Source: Monocercomonoides exilis PA203
Lineage: Eukaryota; Protista; Preaxostyla
Direction: 5' to 3'
NCBI GenBank assembly: GCA_001643675.2
Contig: LSRY02000017.1
Span: 62,001 to 126,000 of the forward strand
Length of the DNA: 64,000 nucleotides
The translations under genes and the position numbers were made by a program. Every line of letters starts with the position of its first letter. The stretch's first letter is position 1. The notes beneath the pieces are model-generated. The model saw nothing but the letters and a program-made list of their open reading frames with translations, made no database searches and had not been told where the DNA came from. Below, one piece after another: positions 1 to 11,755 of this stretch.

Positions 1-3000
1 TCAAAGTCAATACAATTAAATCCATCTTATCTTCAACGGGAAAGGGAAAGAAAAAGAGAAATCGATCTTGTTTTGGAACAAGAGTATCTAAAAAGTAAGA
101 ATAATGAAAAGCTTTCCAAATCAAAATTTAAAGCAAGTTGCAGTGGAAAAAGACGAAAATCGAGGATGAAAATTGAAGAAGAGAAAAAGTGCAAAAGTGA
201 AATGAAATGGATAAATTCTCTTCTTGATGAGCGTTTAAATCAATTCAGCGCTGTTCAAGATGAATTTATGAAAGGCTGCCATCTGAATTCGACCTCTGGC
301 ACATCATCCTCTTCATCTGCATCATCTTCAATGCTATCCATAAATAACACACCAACATCCTCAGATGGATCGAGTCAGATTTCTCAGTCAAAATCTTCAG
401 CAACAAGCTGTCCATTGGTTGTGAAGCTGATCCAGACACATTCGATGCGCTTGCTGCTTTCTTCTTTGTTCTGCTCTGCAGACGAGGAATGCGAAGAAAA
501 CGAAAGAATAGTGAGAAACAAGGAAAGGAGAAAGAAGATGATAAGAGATGGGATAAATAGAGAAAGAGACAGACTTTATGCATTCAGTATAAGCAAAGAA
601 GATGCTGATGATGACACGAAAAAAACAGAAGATGAAAGAGAAGAGGAGAATATCACTGGAACGAATGAGATTGATGCGCTGTTGACTGATTTGTTTTTGC
701 TGTCATTTGAAGAAGCATTGCCAGCTGAGTCAACAGCTTTCTCTTTCAAACTGCCTCCTCTTCCTTTCTTCTCTTCTCTTCTTTTTCATCCGCTTGTGCC
801 TTGCTCGTCTGTCCTCAGCCATTTCCAGTCAGCTCGCTCTGCTGTGAGAAGGAAAGGAGAAAAGGCAAAGGGGGAAAAAAGAATGAATTTGAGGAAGAGA
901 AGAGAAGAGAAAAAGGAAAAGAAGATGAGAAAGGAAGAGTTGGAAGGCAAAACAGGAGAAAGAAGGAGTTCAAATAAAAGCAGTGAAGAATTGTGGAACG
1001 TGATGAAAGAGGAAGTTGGATATAGAATTAGCAAAGCTCTTTCTGCTTTGATAGAAACAGATGCAAACAAAGAGGATATTCAAAGTGTTGAAGGAAAAGA
1101 AGCTAACACTGAAAAAGTGAATGAAACAAAACTTGCACAGAACTCAGAAGAAGACAATAATCAGGTTGAAGACAGTTCTATTCATAGAATGAAAGATCTT
1201 TCACAATTGACATCTTTAGCTTCTTCTTCAACTTCTAATTCTTCTTCTATTTCTTCTTCTAATTCTTCTTCTAATTCTTCTTCTAATTCTTCTTTAGCAT
1301 CCATAAATGAATATCTAACCAATCAGAAAAAACAGGAACAAGAGTTTTTTGAGTCATTTCTTGCTCAGTTTGATTCTGATGAAAACTCAACTTTTCGAAA
1401 CATTCACATTTTTCTCTCATTTTACATCCTTTTTCGATCAGTTTTTTCGCTTCTTCCTCTTCTCGTACCATCTTTGTATCACAAAACTAAAGCTTCAAAT
1501 TCATCTTCTTCCTCTTCTTCCTCTTCTTCCTCTTCTTCCTCTTCTTCCTCTTCTTCCTCTTCTTCCTCTTCTTCCTCTTCTTCCTCTTCTTCCTCTTCTT
1601 CCTCTTCCTCCTCTTCCTCCTCCTCTTCTTCTTCTTCTTCGACTTCTTCGACTTCTTCTTCTTCTCTTTCTGTTAATACATTTTCAAACAATTCATCATC
1701 TGATTCTTCTTCTTCTTCTGTTATTTCCAGTACTTCAGCAGAGCATTCATCTTCTTCTCCTTCTTCTCCTTCTCTCTCTTCTCATTCATCTGCCTCTTCT
1801 CTTTTTTCATCATTGTTGTCTTCTTTCCTCTTCCCTTCCTCTTCCATTTCTTTCTTCTCCATTCTTTCTATTAACAAATATGATGCTTCAACATCACCAA
1901 CGAAGGACTCTTCATCAAATTCAACATCTTCTTCATCAACAGAAGATAAATTAACAGTTTCACCTTCATCATTATCTTCTTCTTTTCCTTCCCCTTCATC
2001 CTTAACTTGTTCTTCATCCTCTTCTTCTTCTTCTTCTTCACAACGCACCTCTTCTGAGCTATCTGATCTTTCTCTTCTGTTCACTTCTCTTCTCTTCTAT
2101 CTCTCTTCTTTGTCTTCTGCCAATTCTTCTGCTTCTTCTTCTGACTCTTCTTCTCCAAAACTTGCACCTTCTCCTTCTCCTTTCTCTGTCTCATCTTCTT
2201 CTGTTGCTGCTACTTCTTCTTCTCTTTCTTCTTCCTCTTCGTCTTCTTCTTCTCCTTCTTCTCCTTCTTCTTCTCTCTCTTCTCCTTCATTCTATCCGCC
2301 TGTTGGTTATCTTCGTCTGTCCACAAATTGGTTTGAATTCTCAAATAGCAAATTGGATGACGATTATGTTTCATTTCGCCTTCCTCTTTCACACACAACC
2401 TCTTCTCATTCTGTTGATTCTTCTGTCTTCAGTCTTTCTTCTTCACTTTCTTCTTTGTCGTCATTGTCTTCTTCTTCTTCTTCTGTTCAATCATCTTCTT
2501 TTTCTAGCATTGATATTTCCTCTTCTTCTTCCTCCTCATCTTCGCCCTCAAAAAATGCTATTGGCAAAACATTACCATCATCTTCCTCTTCCATTTCAAC
2601 AACCACAACTTCTTCTCCTCCTCCTCCTCCTTCTTCTTCTTCTTCTTCCATTCCACACACATTTTTCTGTCTTCCTTCTCTTTTAATTCTCTTTGCAACT
2701 GTTGAGCCTTCCTCAAAATATTACTCACACTCTTCTCGCACTTCATCATCACCATCTTCTTCTTCTTCTTCTTCTTCAGAAGAGACAAAATCATCATCTA
2801 TATCATCTAAACAATCTTCACCTTCTTCTTCCTCCTCATCCTCATCTCTATCTTTATCACCATCAACCACATCCGACACATCTAACATCTCATCCATTTC
2901 TTCTTCTGCATCCAAAATTGCATCTTCCTCTTCCTCTTCCTCATCTCCTTCCCCTTCTCCTGTTCGTCTGCCTTCTGAAACAAGTCCTTTCTTCTCCATT

Positions 3001-6000
3001 TCACTCCAATCACTCACACAAAACACTTCTCTTCACACGCTCCCTTCAATTGCCACACATTCACACAATTCTTCTTCCTCTCCTTCTTCTTCTTCCTCTT
3101 CCTCCTCTTCCTCTTTTCATTCCACCAGAACACTTCAATTGACTCGTCTTCCTCACTCAAATGGACTCATCATCATTCCTCCTGTTTCCTCTTCCTCCTC
3201 CTCCTCTTCTTCTTCTTCTTCTTCTTCTCATTCACTTCATTCATTCACCCGTTCATCCATCACACCTCCACCTTTGTTTTCTTCCACTTCTTTTTCTCCT
3301 CCTCTTTCGCCTTCTTCCTCTTCTGCTTCTGCTTCTGCTTCTTCTTCTTCTTCATTTTCATCTCCTTCTTCAACAACAGTAACCTCTGCTTCTTCTGAAC
3401 CACTCTCAACATCTCCTTTATCTCCTTCTTCTTCTCGTTCTTTTTCCTTCTCTTCCTCTTCCTCTTCCTCTTCCTCCTCCTCCTCCTCTAATTCTCTTCT
3501 TCATCCTCCTGTTGCAATCACTTCCTCCTCCTCCTCTTCTTCTTCTTCTTCCACCCAGTCTCTTTCTTCTTCTCTAAAGTCTCCTCTTTCTCGCCCTTTC
3601 CCTCTCATCCGTGCTCATTCCGTGTCTTCTCTCCATCCTTCTTCGTCTTTCACCTCTTTTTCTCTTCTTCCTCAGTTTCGTGACTCACTTTCTCCTCCTT
3701 CTTCCATTCAATCTCTGCGCTCCTCTTTCTCTTCCTCTTCTTCCTCTTCCTCTTCCTTCTCCTCTTCCTTCTCCTCTTCTTCTCATCCTTCTTCTTCTTC
3801 TTCTTCTTCTTCTTCCTTCTCCTCTTCTTCTTCTGTGAGTAATCAAAGTTTCACTTCTCCTGTTAGCATTCGATTGGGAAGGAGACTCACAACAGCTGTC
3901 TCATTCAACCCTTTTGTGAGGCCAATCTCGCCCATTCAGGAAATAGAGAGGGAGAAGGAGATGGAAGAAGAGGAGGAGGAGGAAATGGAAGATGTTAAAG
4001 AAGAAGATGATGATGATGACGTTGATATTGATGGTGATGTTGATGGTGAAGGAGAGGTTGAGGAAGAAGAAGAGGAGGAGGAAGAGGAAGAAAATGCTGA
4101 GGTTGTTTTTAGTATTCAATCAGAAACACTAAAAACAGAAATTGAGAAAGAAGAAGGAGAAACTTTAAAAAAGGAGGAGGAAGGCAAAGGTGAACTTGAT
4201 GACTTTGAAAAAGAGAAAGAGAAAGAGAAAGAGAAGGAGAAGGAGAAGGAGAAAGAGCAAAATACTACCATCAGATGTGTTTATATCACTTTTACTATTT
4301 TAGTTCCTCAGATTGAGCCATGGCATTCAATTGTGCTTGACTCACTATCAAAGTTGCCTTGTGTCATTCAGAAAGAGGAAGAAGAAGTGGAAGAAAAAGA
4401 AAAAGAAGAGAAAGAAGAGAACATAGAAAAAGGAGAAGATGAAGGAGAAAATAAGAAAAAGATAGATTTTGTTCAAGTGGCAAAGGGAAATCAACAAAAT
4501 AATCAAGAAACTTCGCTTTCTTCTACTGATTCTTCTTCCTCTTCCTCTTCTTCCTCTGAATCTTCTTCTCTTTCCTCTGTTCAGTTAGACTTCCCCTCGC
4601 ATTTCATTTCAGCTCCTTCCTCTTCCCAATCTCTTTCCTCTTTTCTTTCTTTGCTCGGTTTTTTCTTCTGGAAGAAGAGGAAAATCTCGTTTTATGTGCC
4701 AATTGCTTCAATTGTGTCTGCTTTGAATGGCGAAAAGAAGAAAGGAAAGAAAAGGGAGAAAGGCAAAAAACAGAGTGAAAGAAAAGAAGAAGTAGAAGAT
4801 GTGTTGGATGAAGAAAGAAGTGGAGATGAAGATGAAAGTGGAGATGAGACAGAAGAAGATGATGAAGAGGAAGAAGAAGAAGAAGAACATGAAGAGGAAG
4901 ATAAAGATGAATGCAAAGACAAACAAGAGCAATCAAATAGCAAAGTTAATTCTGGTAAAAATTGTTCCGGAAAGGGAAAGGAGAATGCAAGCAATAAGAA
5001 AATGAGTGTTGATGTTTCTCATCTGAAGAAGTTTGAAGAAAGAATCAACATGCTGATAAAAGCAGCACACAAATTGTGTTCTTTGGATGTGATGCAGGGC
5101 GAAGAAGGGATTTTGCGGTGGTTGGAAGGGAAGAAGGAGGTGGTGGATGAATGGGATGAGAATGAGGAAGAGAAAAAAAGAAGAGAAGAGAAGAAGAAGT
5201 ATTTGCTTTTGGATGAGATAGAAGAAGAGATGTATCAAATGGAGAAAGAGGAGAAAGAGAAAGAAGAAGAGAAGGAAAAACAAGAAAGAAATGAAAAGTC
5301 ACAAATGTTAACATCTGCAAATTCACCTTCTTCTCGGTCTGTTCCATCAACCCCCACAAAATCGTCTTCTTTCTTCTCTTCTCTTTTCTCCGGCTTTTCA
5401 TTGTTTTCTTCTTCATCTTCTTCTTCTTCTTCACCAGCATCTTCTTCTTCTTCCTCCTCCTCTTCCACCACTTCTTTTTCTCTTTCTCCTTCTCTTTCTC
5501 CTTCTTCATCTCACATAAACCGGATGTTAAACTCAGCCCCTTTGATCACAACAGATGCCATCAATGAAGCATTGAAGATTGATGTTCCAATGATCACTGC
5601 TCAAATCAAAGAAGAACTCGACCAGAAGAACGAATTATTGAACGAAAGAACAACAAAAATGAAAGAAGCAGAAGCAGAAGCAGAGAAAGAGAAAGAGAAA
5701 GAAGGGCAGACAAACAAAGAAAAGGCGATTCTTTTGTCAGATTCTCTTTCTTTGTCTCCTTCTCTTCCATTCAGAAGAGAGTCTGTGAGTCGAATGGGCA
5801 GAACTTGCATTTCTGTCTCTGCACTCACTCAAAGTGAATATATCAACATGCCAACTTCATCATCATTATCTTCTTCTTCTTCTTTGTCTTTGCCAGAAAC
5901 CGACTTCTTTTCTTCTTTTGCCTCTTCTTCTGCTCCGCTTTTACAACCTCTTTTTTATTGCAACAACAAAAGCTCCATTTTATCCCTGCTTCATTTTGCT

Positions 6001-6064
6001 CTTCTTGAAACTCAGCTTCCTCATTCTTTGCTTCTGTCAGTGACTCCTTCTCTTCCTTCTATTG

Positions 6065-6095
<31 letters not shown>

Positions 6096-6456
6096 AAATG
6101 TTGCTTCACCAACAGGAACTTCAACTACTTCATCATTACCTCCTTCCTCTTTATCATCCTCTGCTCCTTCTATGAATCCATCATCATCTTCTTCTTCTTC
6201 TTCTCTTTCTCCTTCTCTCTCCTCTTCCTCTTCTTCCTCTTCCTCTTCTCCTTCTTCTTCCACACAGCCCTTATCAGCAGGCCGGTTCAAATGGCGTCTC
6301 ATCTATTCCAAGTACATTCATGGCACCTCCTTTCAGACTGTCTTCTGGCGATGCTCTCCATTCAACTCCATTCGTCCTTCTCTTTCTCTGTCTTCACTGG
6401 AATCTCCTTCATCTCTTTCTTCTTCTCAGCTTCCTTTGCCTCATCCACTTTCTCCT

Positions 6457-6487
<31 letters not shown>

Positions 6488-7287
6488 TCTCTTCCTCTTT
6501 CCATTCAGCTATTTCATCGTCTGTTCACATTGAGTTTTCGCCTTGTGATTTGATAAACAGACAGAATGAAGAGGCAAAAGGGGAAGGAAATGAAGAAGAA
6601 ATCATCATCAATCCGATGGAAAAGCCAGTTTTGCTGACGAAAGAAGAGAAAGAAGAGAAAGAGCGAAGAGAAAAGATGCTGAAAATCGAAAGAGAAGGGC
6701 TCGAAGGTGTCGCCAGCAGCAATTCTCCGGTTTTGCTTGTTCTGACAGACGTTTCTGGGGCAAAAAGAACAGTTTTGGGGGCGTTTTTGTCTCAGACACT
6801 CAAAAAGCAGGAAAGATACTATGGGAATAAAGAGACTTTTGTGTTTAGATTTAGAGAAGAAGAAGGAGAAGGAGAAGGAGAAAGAGGAGAAGGAAGTAAA
6901 GAACAAGATTTTGCACATGAAAATTCAGCAGACAAAGAAAGACAAAGCATAGCAGATTCGAATGATGCATCAGCATCTTCAAATTGTTCTATGAAAGTTA
7001 CTCCTTCTTCATTACCTTCTTCTTCTTCTTCTTCTTCTTCTTCGCGTCCCATTCGACTTGTTCTTGATGCCTTCTATCCCACACAAGACAATCACTACTT
7101 CATCCGCAGTGCAGACAGCGGAATATTCATCGGAGGAGGCGCAAAGCCTGCAATCTCCATCTTTCCTGGCATGAACAAAGGAACAAGCGCCTGTTGTGAT
7201 ACATTCGGCAACCCTGTTCTCAGTGCTGGTGAAGAGTTTAAGATTGGCGATGTCGAAATATGGACGTGGGATGCGGCTAAGATGTGA
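1..7287 (+). CDS. Giant Ser/Glu-rich TLDc-domain protein (OXR1/NCOA7-like), 5'-truncated by the window edge
   Basis: Frame 1 is open from base 1 (SKSIQLNPSY...) to TGA at 7287. The C-terminus carries TLDc motifs WRLIYS..HGTSFQT, VLGAFLS, YYGNKETFVFRF, IFIGGG, GTSACCDTFGNPVLS and FKIGDVEIW, separated by poly-Ser/Glu inserts. Confidence 0.85.
1504..1640 (+). repeat. Coding (TCTTCTTCC)n 9-bp tandem repeat encoding a poly-Ser tract of ~45 residues
   Basis: Directly visible periodic tcttcttcc units. Similar TCT/TCC and GAA/GAG tracts recur throughout the window. Confidence 0.9.
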
Positions 7288-7816
7288 AATGATGGAAAGA
7301 TAAATTAGAATTTATTTAATTTTCAACATTTTTTTATGATTATCATCTTTCCATTTTTATTGATAGAAAATATTGGTTGTTCAATTGAAGCAATTTTAGA
7401 GGGTTTTTTAAAGAATTTTCTCAATTTTGATTTCTTACAAATTTTTGGCAAGTGTTTTTTATTTTCTCTTATTGAAAATAACTTAAATGTAATCATATGA
7501 TACAATTTGTTTTATTATGAATTTTTAAATTTTTATTATTTCTTTTTCAATATCAATATGTATTCTTCTTTTAAAAAATGAATTTCTTTGTGCTCATCAA
7601 TTTTCAAACCAATCTTCGAATGAAACTTCAACTTCAACAAAATCTGAAGTTGACTTAACGAAATTGAGAATTAACAAAACAAAACTACATATTCTTTGTG
7701 ATTTGATAAAGCAAAACAATATTTTTGAATATGAACTGATCATTATATAATTAGTGATAGAATCAAATAAATCTTAAAAATATTTTTTAGGAAAAAATAT
7801 TGTTTTAAGAATTGCT

Positions 7817-8724
7817 ATGACAATTTTATCATGTATTTCTAGATTTTTTTCAATAACACACGAGCAAGCAGGACGTGACACGATGTTTTTAAAGCAATCA
7901 AATGCATTTCGAACAGTTGTATTCATTTTTCGTCTTTGTGCATTTATATATCTTTCAATATGGTTAATTACTGGCGTTCTATGTTTGCATATGTTTTTTT
8001 AATTTGATAAATTACTTTTTTATAAAGATAATCTGATAACACTTGAGTATTACACTGTTCAGAGCTTCGTTTGGGTGTACATTTATTTTGCGGTTTGCTG
8101 CATCTTCGTATTTGCAAATTTTCTTATTTTATTTTTGGATTGCGCAAACAGTTTTCAGTGTCTTATGGAAGACAAATATTGGATTATACAGAACCTCAAC
8201 CATTTGACGGTGAAATGAAGCTAAATGGACGCGATTATTTAACGTATATTTTCAGTATATTGGGACTTGCTGGTGGAGGAACAGCAATGGTTGGATTTTG
8301 GGCATTTCTTTTTCCTCTGTTTTCTGCAGCAGATGTAAGTGGATGGACAATTTTCTGGGATTATTTCACTCCACATGGAATGTCGTTTATCTTCATTGTA
8401 ATTGATATATTATGCCTATCACGAGTGCAATTCAAAATAGCTCATTGCATTATTCCTTTGGTTATGGTATTTACGTATCTTGGATTTGCAATGATTTATT
8501 ATTCTATTCATAAAATGTATGAAATCTTTTTATATGAATATAGTTAACTTTTTTTTTTTCGAAAATGATTATGAAATTTCATTTTTAGTTATATTTATCC
8601 GTTTCTCGATCTGAGCACGGAAGGAGCCTGGGTTGCTTGGGTTAGTTTATCCTTGTTTCCTTCAATTGTTTCAGCAGCAATGTGGCTATTGCAAATAATA
8701 CGAGGAAAAATATTTTCTAAATGA
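7817..8724 (+). CDS. FAR-17a/AIG1/rolling-stone-like multi-pass membrane protein, 4 exons (introns ~7983-8027, 8093-8151, 8517-8588)
   Basis: Splicing at GT-AG joins a continuous hydrophobic protein with the motifs LEYYTVQS, GFW, PHG...IVID and YIYPFLD typical of this family. Stop is TGA at 8722-8724. Confidence 0.75.
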
Positions 8725-9448
8725 TAATGAATTCGACTTTGTTTAGCATTGATTTTAGTCAAAACCGGAATTGTTTCTATAATTCAAATACTGTTTTATT
8801 GTGTTTTTTTAATGTTTTGTTTTGTTTTGCCTGAGTTCTATTCAGTTGCAGTCATGGATCATAGTGACAAACTATTTAGCTCTTCAATATTTTCCATTGT
8901 ATTCTGTATAAGTTATTTTAAAAATATTTTTTGGTATTTATGTTTATTATTCTTTTTGTCATTGCAAATAATAAATAAATATAAATTTTATTCATTTTTA
9001 AACATAAAAAAAAAATTTGTTTTTTGGATTTTCTCACAAAAAATGACTTGAATTCGAAGTTTTAATCCAACTTCGAAATGATATGTCTATTTGCAAATAC
9101 AATGAATTTTCTTAACATCGTGCTTTTCAAATGGAGGAAATTTCATTCATTATAGAATAAAATAACTATTTATTCCAAACTTTTTTTAATAACCTTTTCA
9201 TAATAAATCTTTCATTCCCATGTGAAAAAAAAATTGAAAATTTTAAATTATTGAGATAAATATAAAAAAGTGAAGAATGGAACAAAATTCATGAAGCAAT
9301 AAATTTCGTTCCAAATAAAAAATCAATATTTATCAGATGAAGTTATTCTTTAATAATTGTTAGAATAAAGCAAGAACTAGAAAATTTGAATAAAGACATT
9401 TAAAAACAGAACTCTTTATTTGAAAATTAATTTATAAATAAATAAATT

Positions 9449-9699
9449 GGTTATTCTTTTTGAAAAGTCGCAAATGTTAAATATCAAGGTTAAATAAAAA
9501 TGAACTGTATTTGATCGTTTTTTCCCAAAAATCCTTCAAATTCCACCACCATGCATTTAATCTCATATTCAAAAAGGTTGCATATTCCAATTTGTTATAT
9601 GATTGAGTTTGATAGATATTAAGCAATTAATGATCAAATTTGGTTCATTTTTATTTCACCTGGATATTAAACATTTGCGACTTTTTAAAAAGAATAACC
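9449..9699. mobile_element. MITE/foldback element A with ~68-bp terminal inverted repeats
   Basis: 9449-9516 (GGTTATTCTTTTTGAAAAGTCGCAAATG...) is the reverse complement of 9632-9699 with about 7 mismatches. Non-coding, with GG...CC ends. Confidence 0.75.
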
Positions 9700-10184
9700 C
9701 AAACAAACAAACTTTATAATTAATAAATTTATAAAAGGATATTTTGAACGCAGAAAAGCTCGGTTATTGTCATCTCGTATGCAATCAAGACGGTGAAAAA
9801 TCACTATTTTCAATAAATATGAATATTATTCTACTATTCAGTTATTTTTTCGGAATAATTGTTTAATTTTCTGTTTCACTGTAAACAATAAAGTTCTTTG
9901 AAACATTACTATAAGAGAAAAATAATATGAAACGGTGATTTTGAATTAGTCCTTTGCGACAGACCGACTTTTCACAAAGCACCTCGACAACCGTACAGAC
10001 AAGACAGTTACAATTTTTATAGACAATATTTTTTAAATGCAAATTATTATATAACTCAAAAGTATTAATCTTTTGAATCTTTTCAAAAAGATTTTCATAT
10101 CACATTTTTGATCAGGGTGACGTGAAGAGAAAAATTCGCAACGATTGTCACCACTTTTCCAACTGAAAAAAAAAATTAACAAAT

Positions 10185-10389
10185 GGCTGATCCTTTTTGA
10201 ACTCAAACTTTCGTTCGAGTTTTGATCTAAATTTTGTTCTCAATGGGATTTTTAAAAAATGAGTTGAAATAGTGAACAGTTATTGTGTATGACACAGCTA
10301 TTGTTAAAACAAAATTTGACACAAATCCCATTGAGAACAAAATTTTGATCAAAACTCGAACGAAAGTCTGATTTCAAAAAGGATCAGCC
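10185..10389. mobile_element. MITE/foldback element B with ~67-bp near-perfect terminal inverted repeats
   Basis: GGCTGATCCTTTTTGAA...CAATGGGATTT matches the reverse complement of AAATCCCATTG...AAAAAGGATCAGCC with 3 mismatches. Pairing continues weakly towards the centre. Confidence 0.8.
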
Positions 10390-10440
10390 AAATAAATAAA
10401 TAAATAAATTAATAAATTAATAAATTAATTAATTAATAAT
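10390..10440. repeat. (AAAT)n/(TAAT)n microsatellite abutting element B
   Basis: aaataaataaataaataaattaataaattaataaattaattaattaataat. Confidence 0.8.
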
Positions 10441-10705
10441 AAAAATATATATCAACTGTCAACACAAGTTTGTTCTTTCGATTGGCATGAATCGCTTCAA
10501 CTTTCCTTGTTGCAAAGGCCTATTTTTTATAAATAATATTCTTTTCATTTTTTCATTCTGTGGATAATTTATTCATAAAAATTTTCTATGTGAAAACAGT
10601 TTCTGTTATAGTCACAAATAATCGAATGAAATGGATTGAAATAATAACTGAGCCTTTCTATTTTTCAATTATTTTTTTTATGTAAAGTTGATAGGTGGTT
10701 GTATG

Positions 10706-11056
10706 TTGTGCACAAAATACCGGACAATTTCGATTTCTCTATAAATGCAAGATGAATAATTCTTATTATTTTCCTCAAAACACATCTTATCAATGCAAAC
10801 TCATTTGATATACAAAACATTCAAAATATCCTCATTTGTGCTCAGATAAAATTAATGATTAAAATCTTGAAAAAATAGGATTTTGAGTTTCTCCGAGATT
10901 TCAATGATAATTTTTTTCGAGCACAAATGAAGCTGTTTCAAAAGATTGGAATATCAAATGAATTTGCATTGATTGTTTGCATTTTGAGGAAATTTGTTAG
11001 AATTATTCCTTTTTTAGCTATCGAAAAATCGATCTTGTCCGGTTTTTTGTTCACAA
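10706..11056. mobile_element. Degenerate ~350-bp foldback element C with ~170-bp imperfect arms
   Basis: Collinear inverted blocks: TTGTGCACAAAATACCGGACAA / TTGTCCGGTTTTTTGTTCACAA; TTTCCTCAAAA / TTTTGAGGAAA; ATCAATGCAAACTCATTTGATAT / ATATCAAATGAATTTGCATTGAT; TCATTTGTGCTC / GAGCACAAATGA. Confidence 0.7.
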
Positions 11057-11755
11057 TCTTTATTATCTTTTCATTTTTGAAAAAGTGATGCAATATTTTT
11101 TTCGCCTAAATTGTTATTAAAATAACGAAAAAATTTACGTGTTTATTATTATTGACATTGTTTTTCTTGTTTGTAATTCAAATAATTGGTTTTTGATGAA
11201 ATGTTTTTTGAAACCGAGACTTTTTTTTGGAGTTGATAACAAAAAAGTTATGTATCTGTGCAAAAAAATTTGATAATTGAACTGAAAAACGAATAGTTGT
11301 TATTTCGAAAACAAACGTCAAAGATGAAAGATTAACAAAAAAGTTCCAAAACATTTTTCCATGCATAATCTTTAACACTAATAATCAAACTCGAATCAAA
11401 TCACAAACAGTTGAACAAAAATGAATGCTTTTGCAACGGAGACTGTCTGTATGTTGAATATTAAAATATTAATTTTCTTTGCTTTTTTTTTCACCATTTT
11501 TATTTTTTGGGGAACAAAACATAACAACATTCGCACATTGCAACTGATATTAAAATAGAAAATAATATGAAAAATATCAAAAGCATTTCCTGAAGTGTTT
11601 TTAATTGGAGAATGTATGATGCGACATCTTTGATTTAAAATAGCAATGAATGTTTGTGAAAGAATTGAGAATGCAAAGAAAAATGCAATGTGAGTTGTAT
11701 ATTGTTAAAGAGATGGAAATAAAAAATTGAGAAAAAAAATGTTGTTAAAGACATA

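Noticed and set aside
266-7052. Dozens of overlapping poly-Leu, poly-Glu, poly-Lys or poly-Phe ORFs in alternative frames and strands (also within 14.4-17.8, 23-30, 41.5-43.9 and 47-49.7 kb)
   Set aside because: They are shadows of TCT/GAA low-complexity tracts or of GC-richer coding DNA, which lack stop codons in other frames. They show no independent protein features.
7634-7660. Short hairpins TCAACTTCA/TGAAGTTGA (and TTCGAAGTT/AACTTCGAA at ~9054-9078) as terminators or Helitron ends
   Set aside because: The context is eukaryotic, there is no clear CTRR end, and 9-bp stems are expected occasionally by chance.
9133-9312. Additional weak inverted similarities at 9133-9312, 9761-9993 and 11165-11410
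   Set aside because: The matches are short and in very AT-rich DNA, so they cannot be separated from chance by eye, although they may be older foldbacks.
10116-10152. GGTGAC...GTCACC hairpin, superficially SECIS-like
   Set aside because: Helix geometry is too short and there is no associated selenoprotein ORF.
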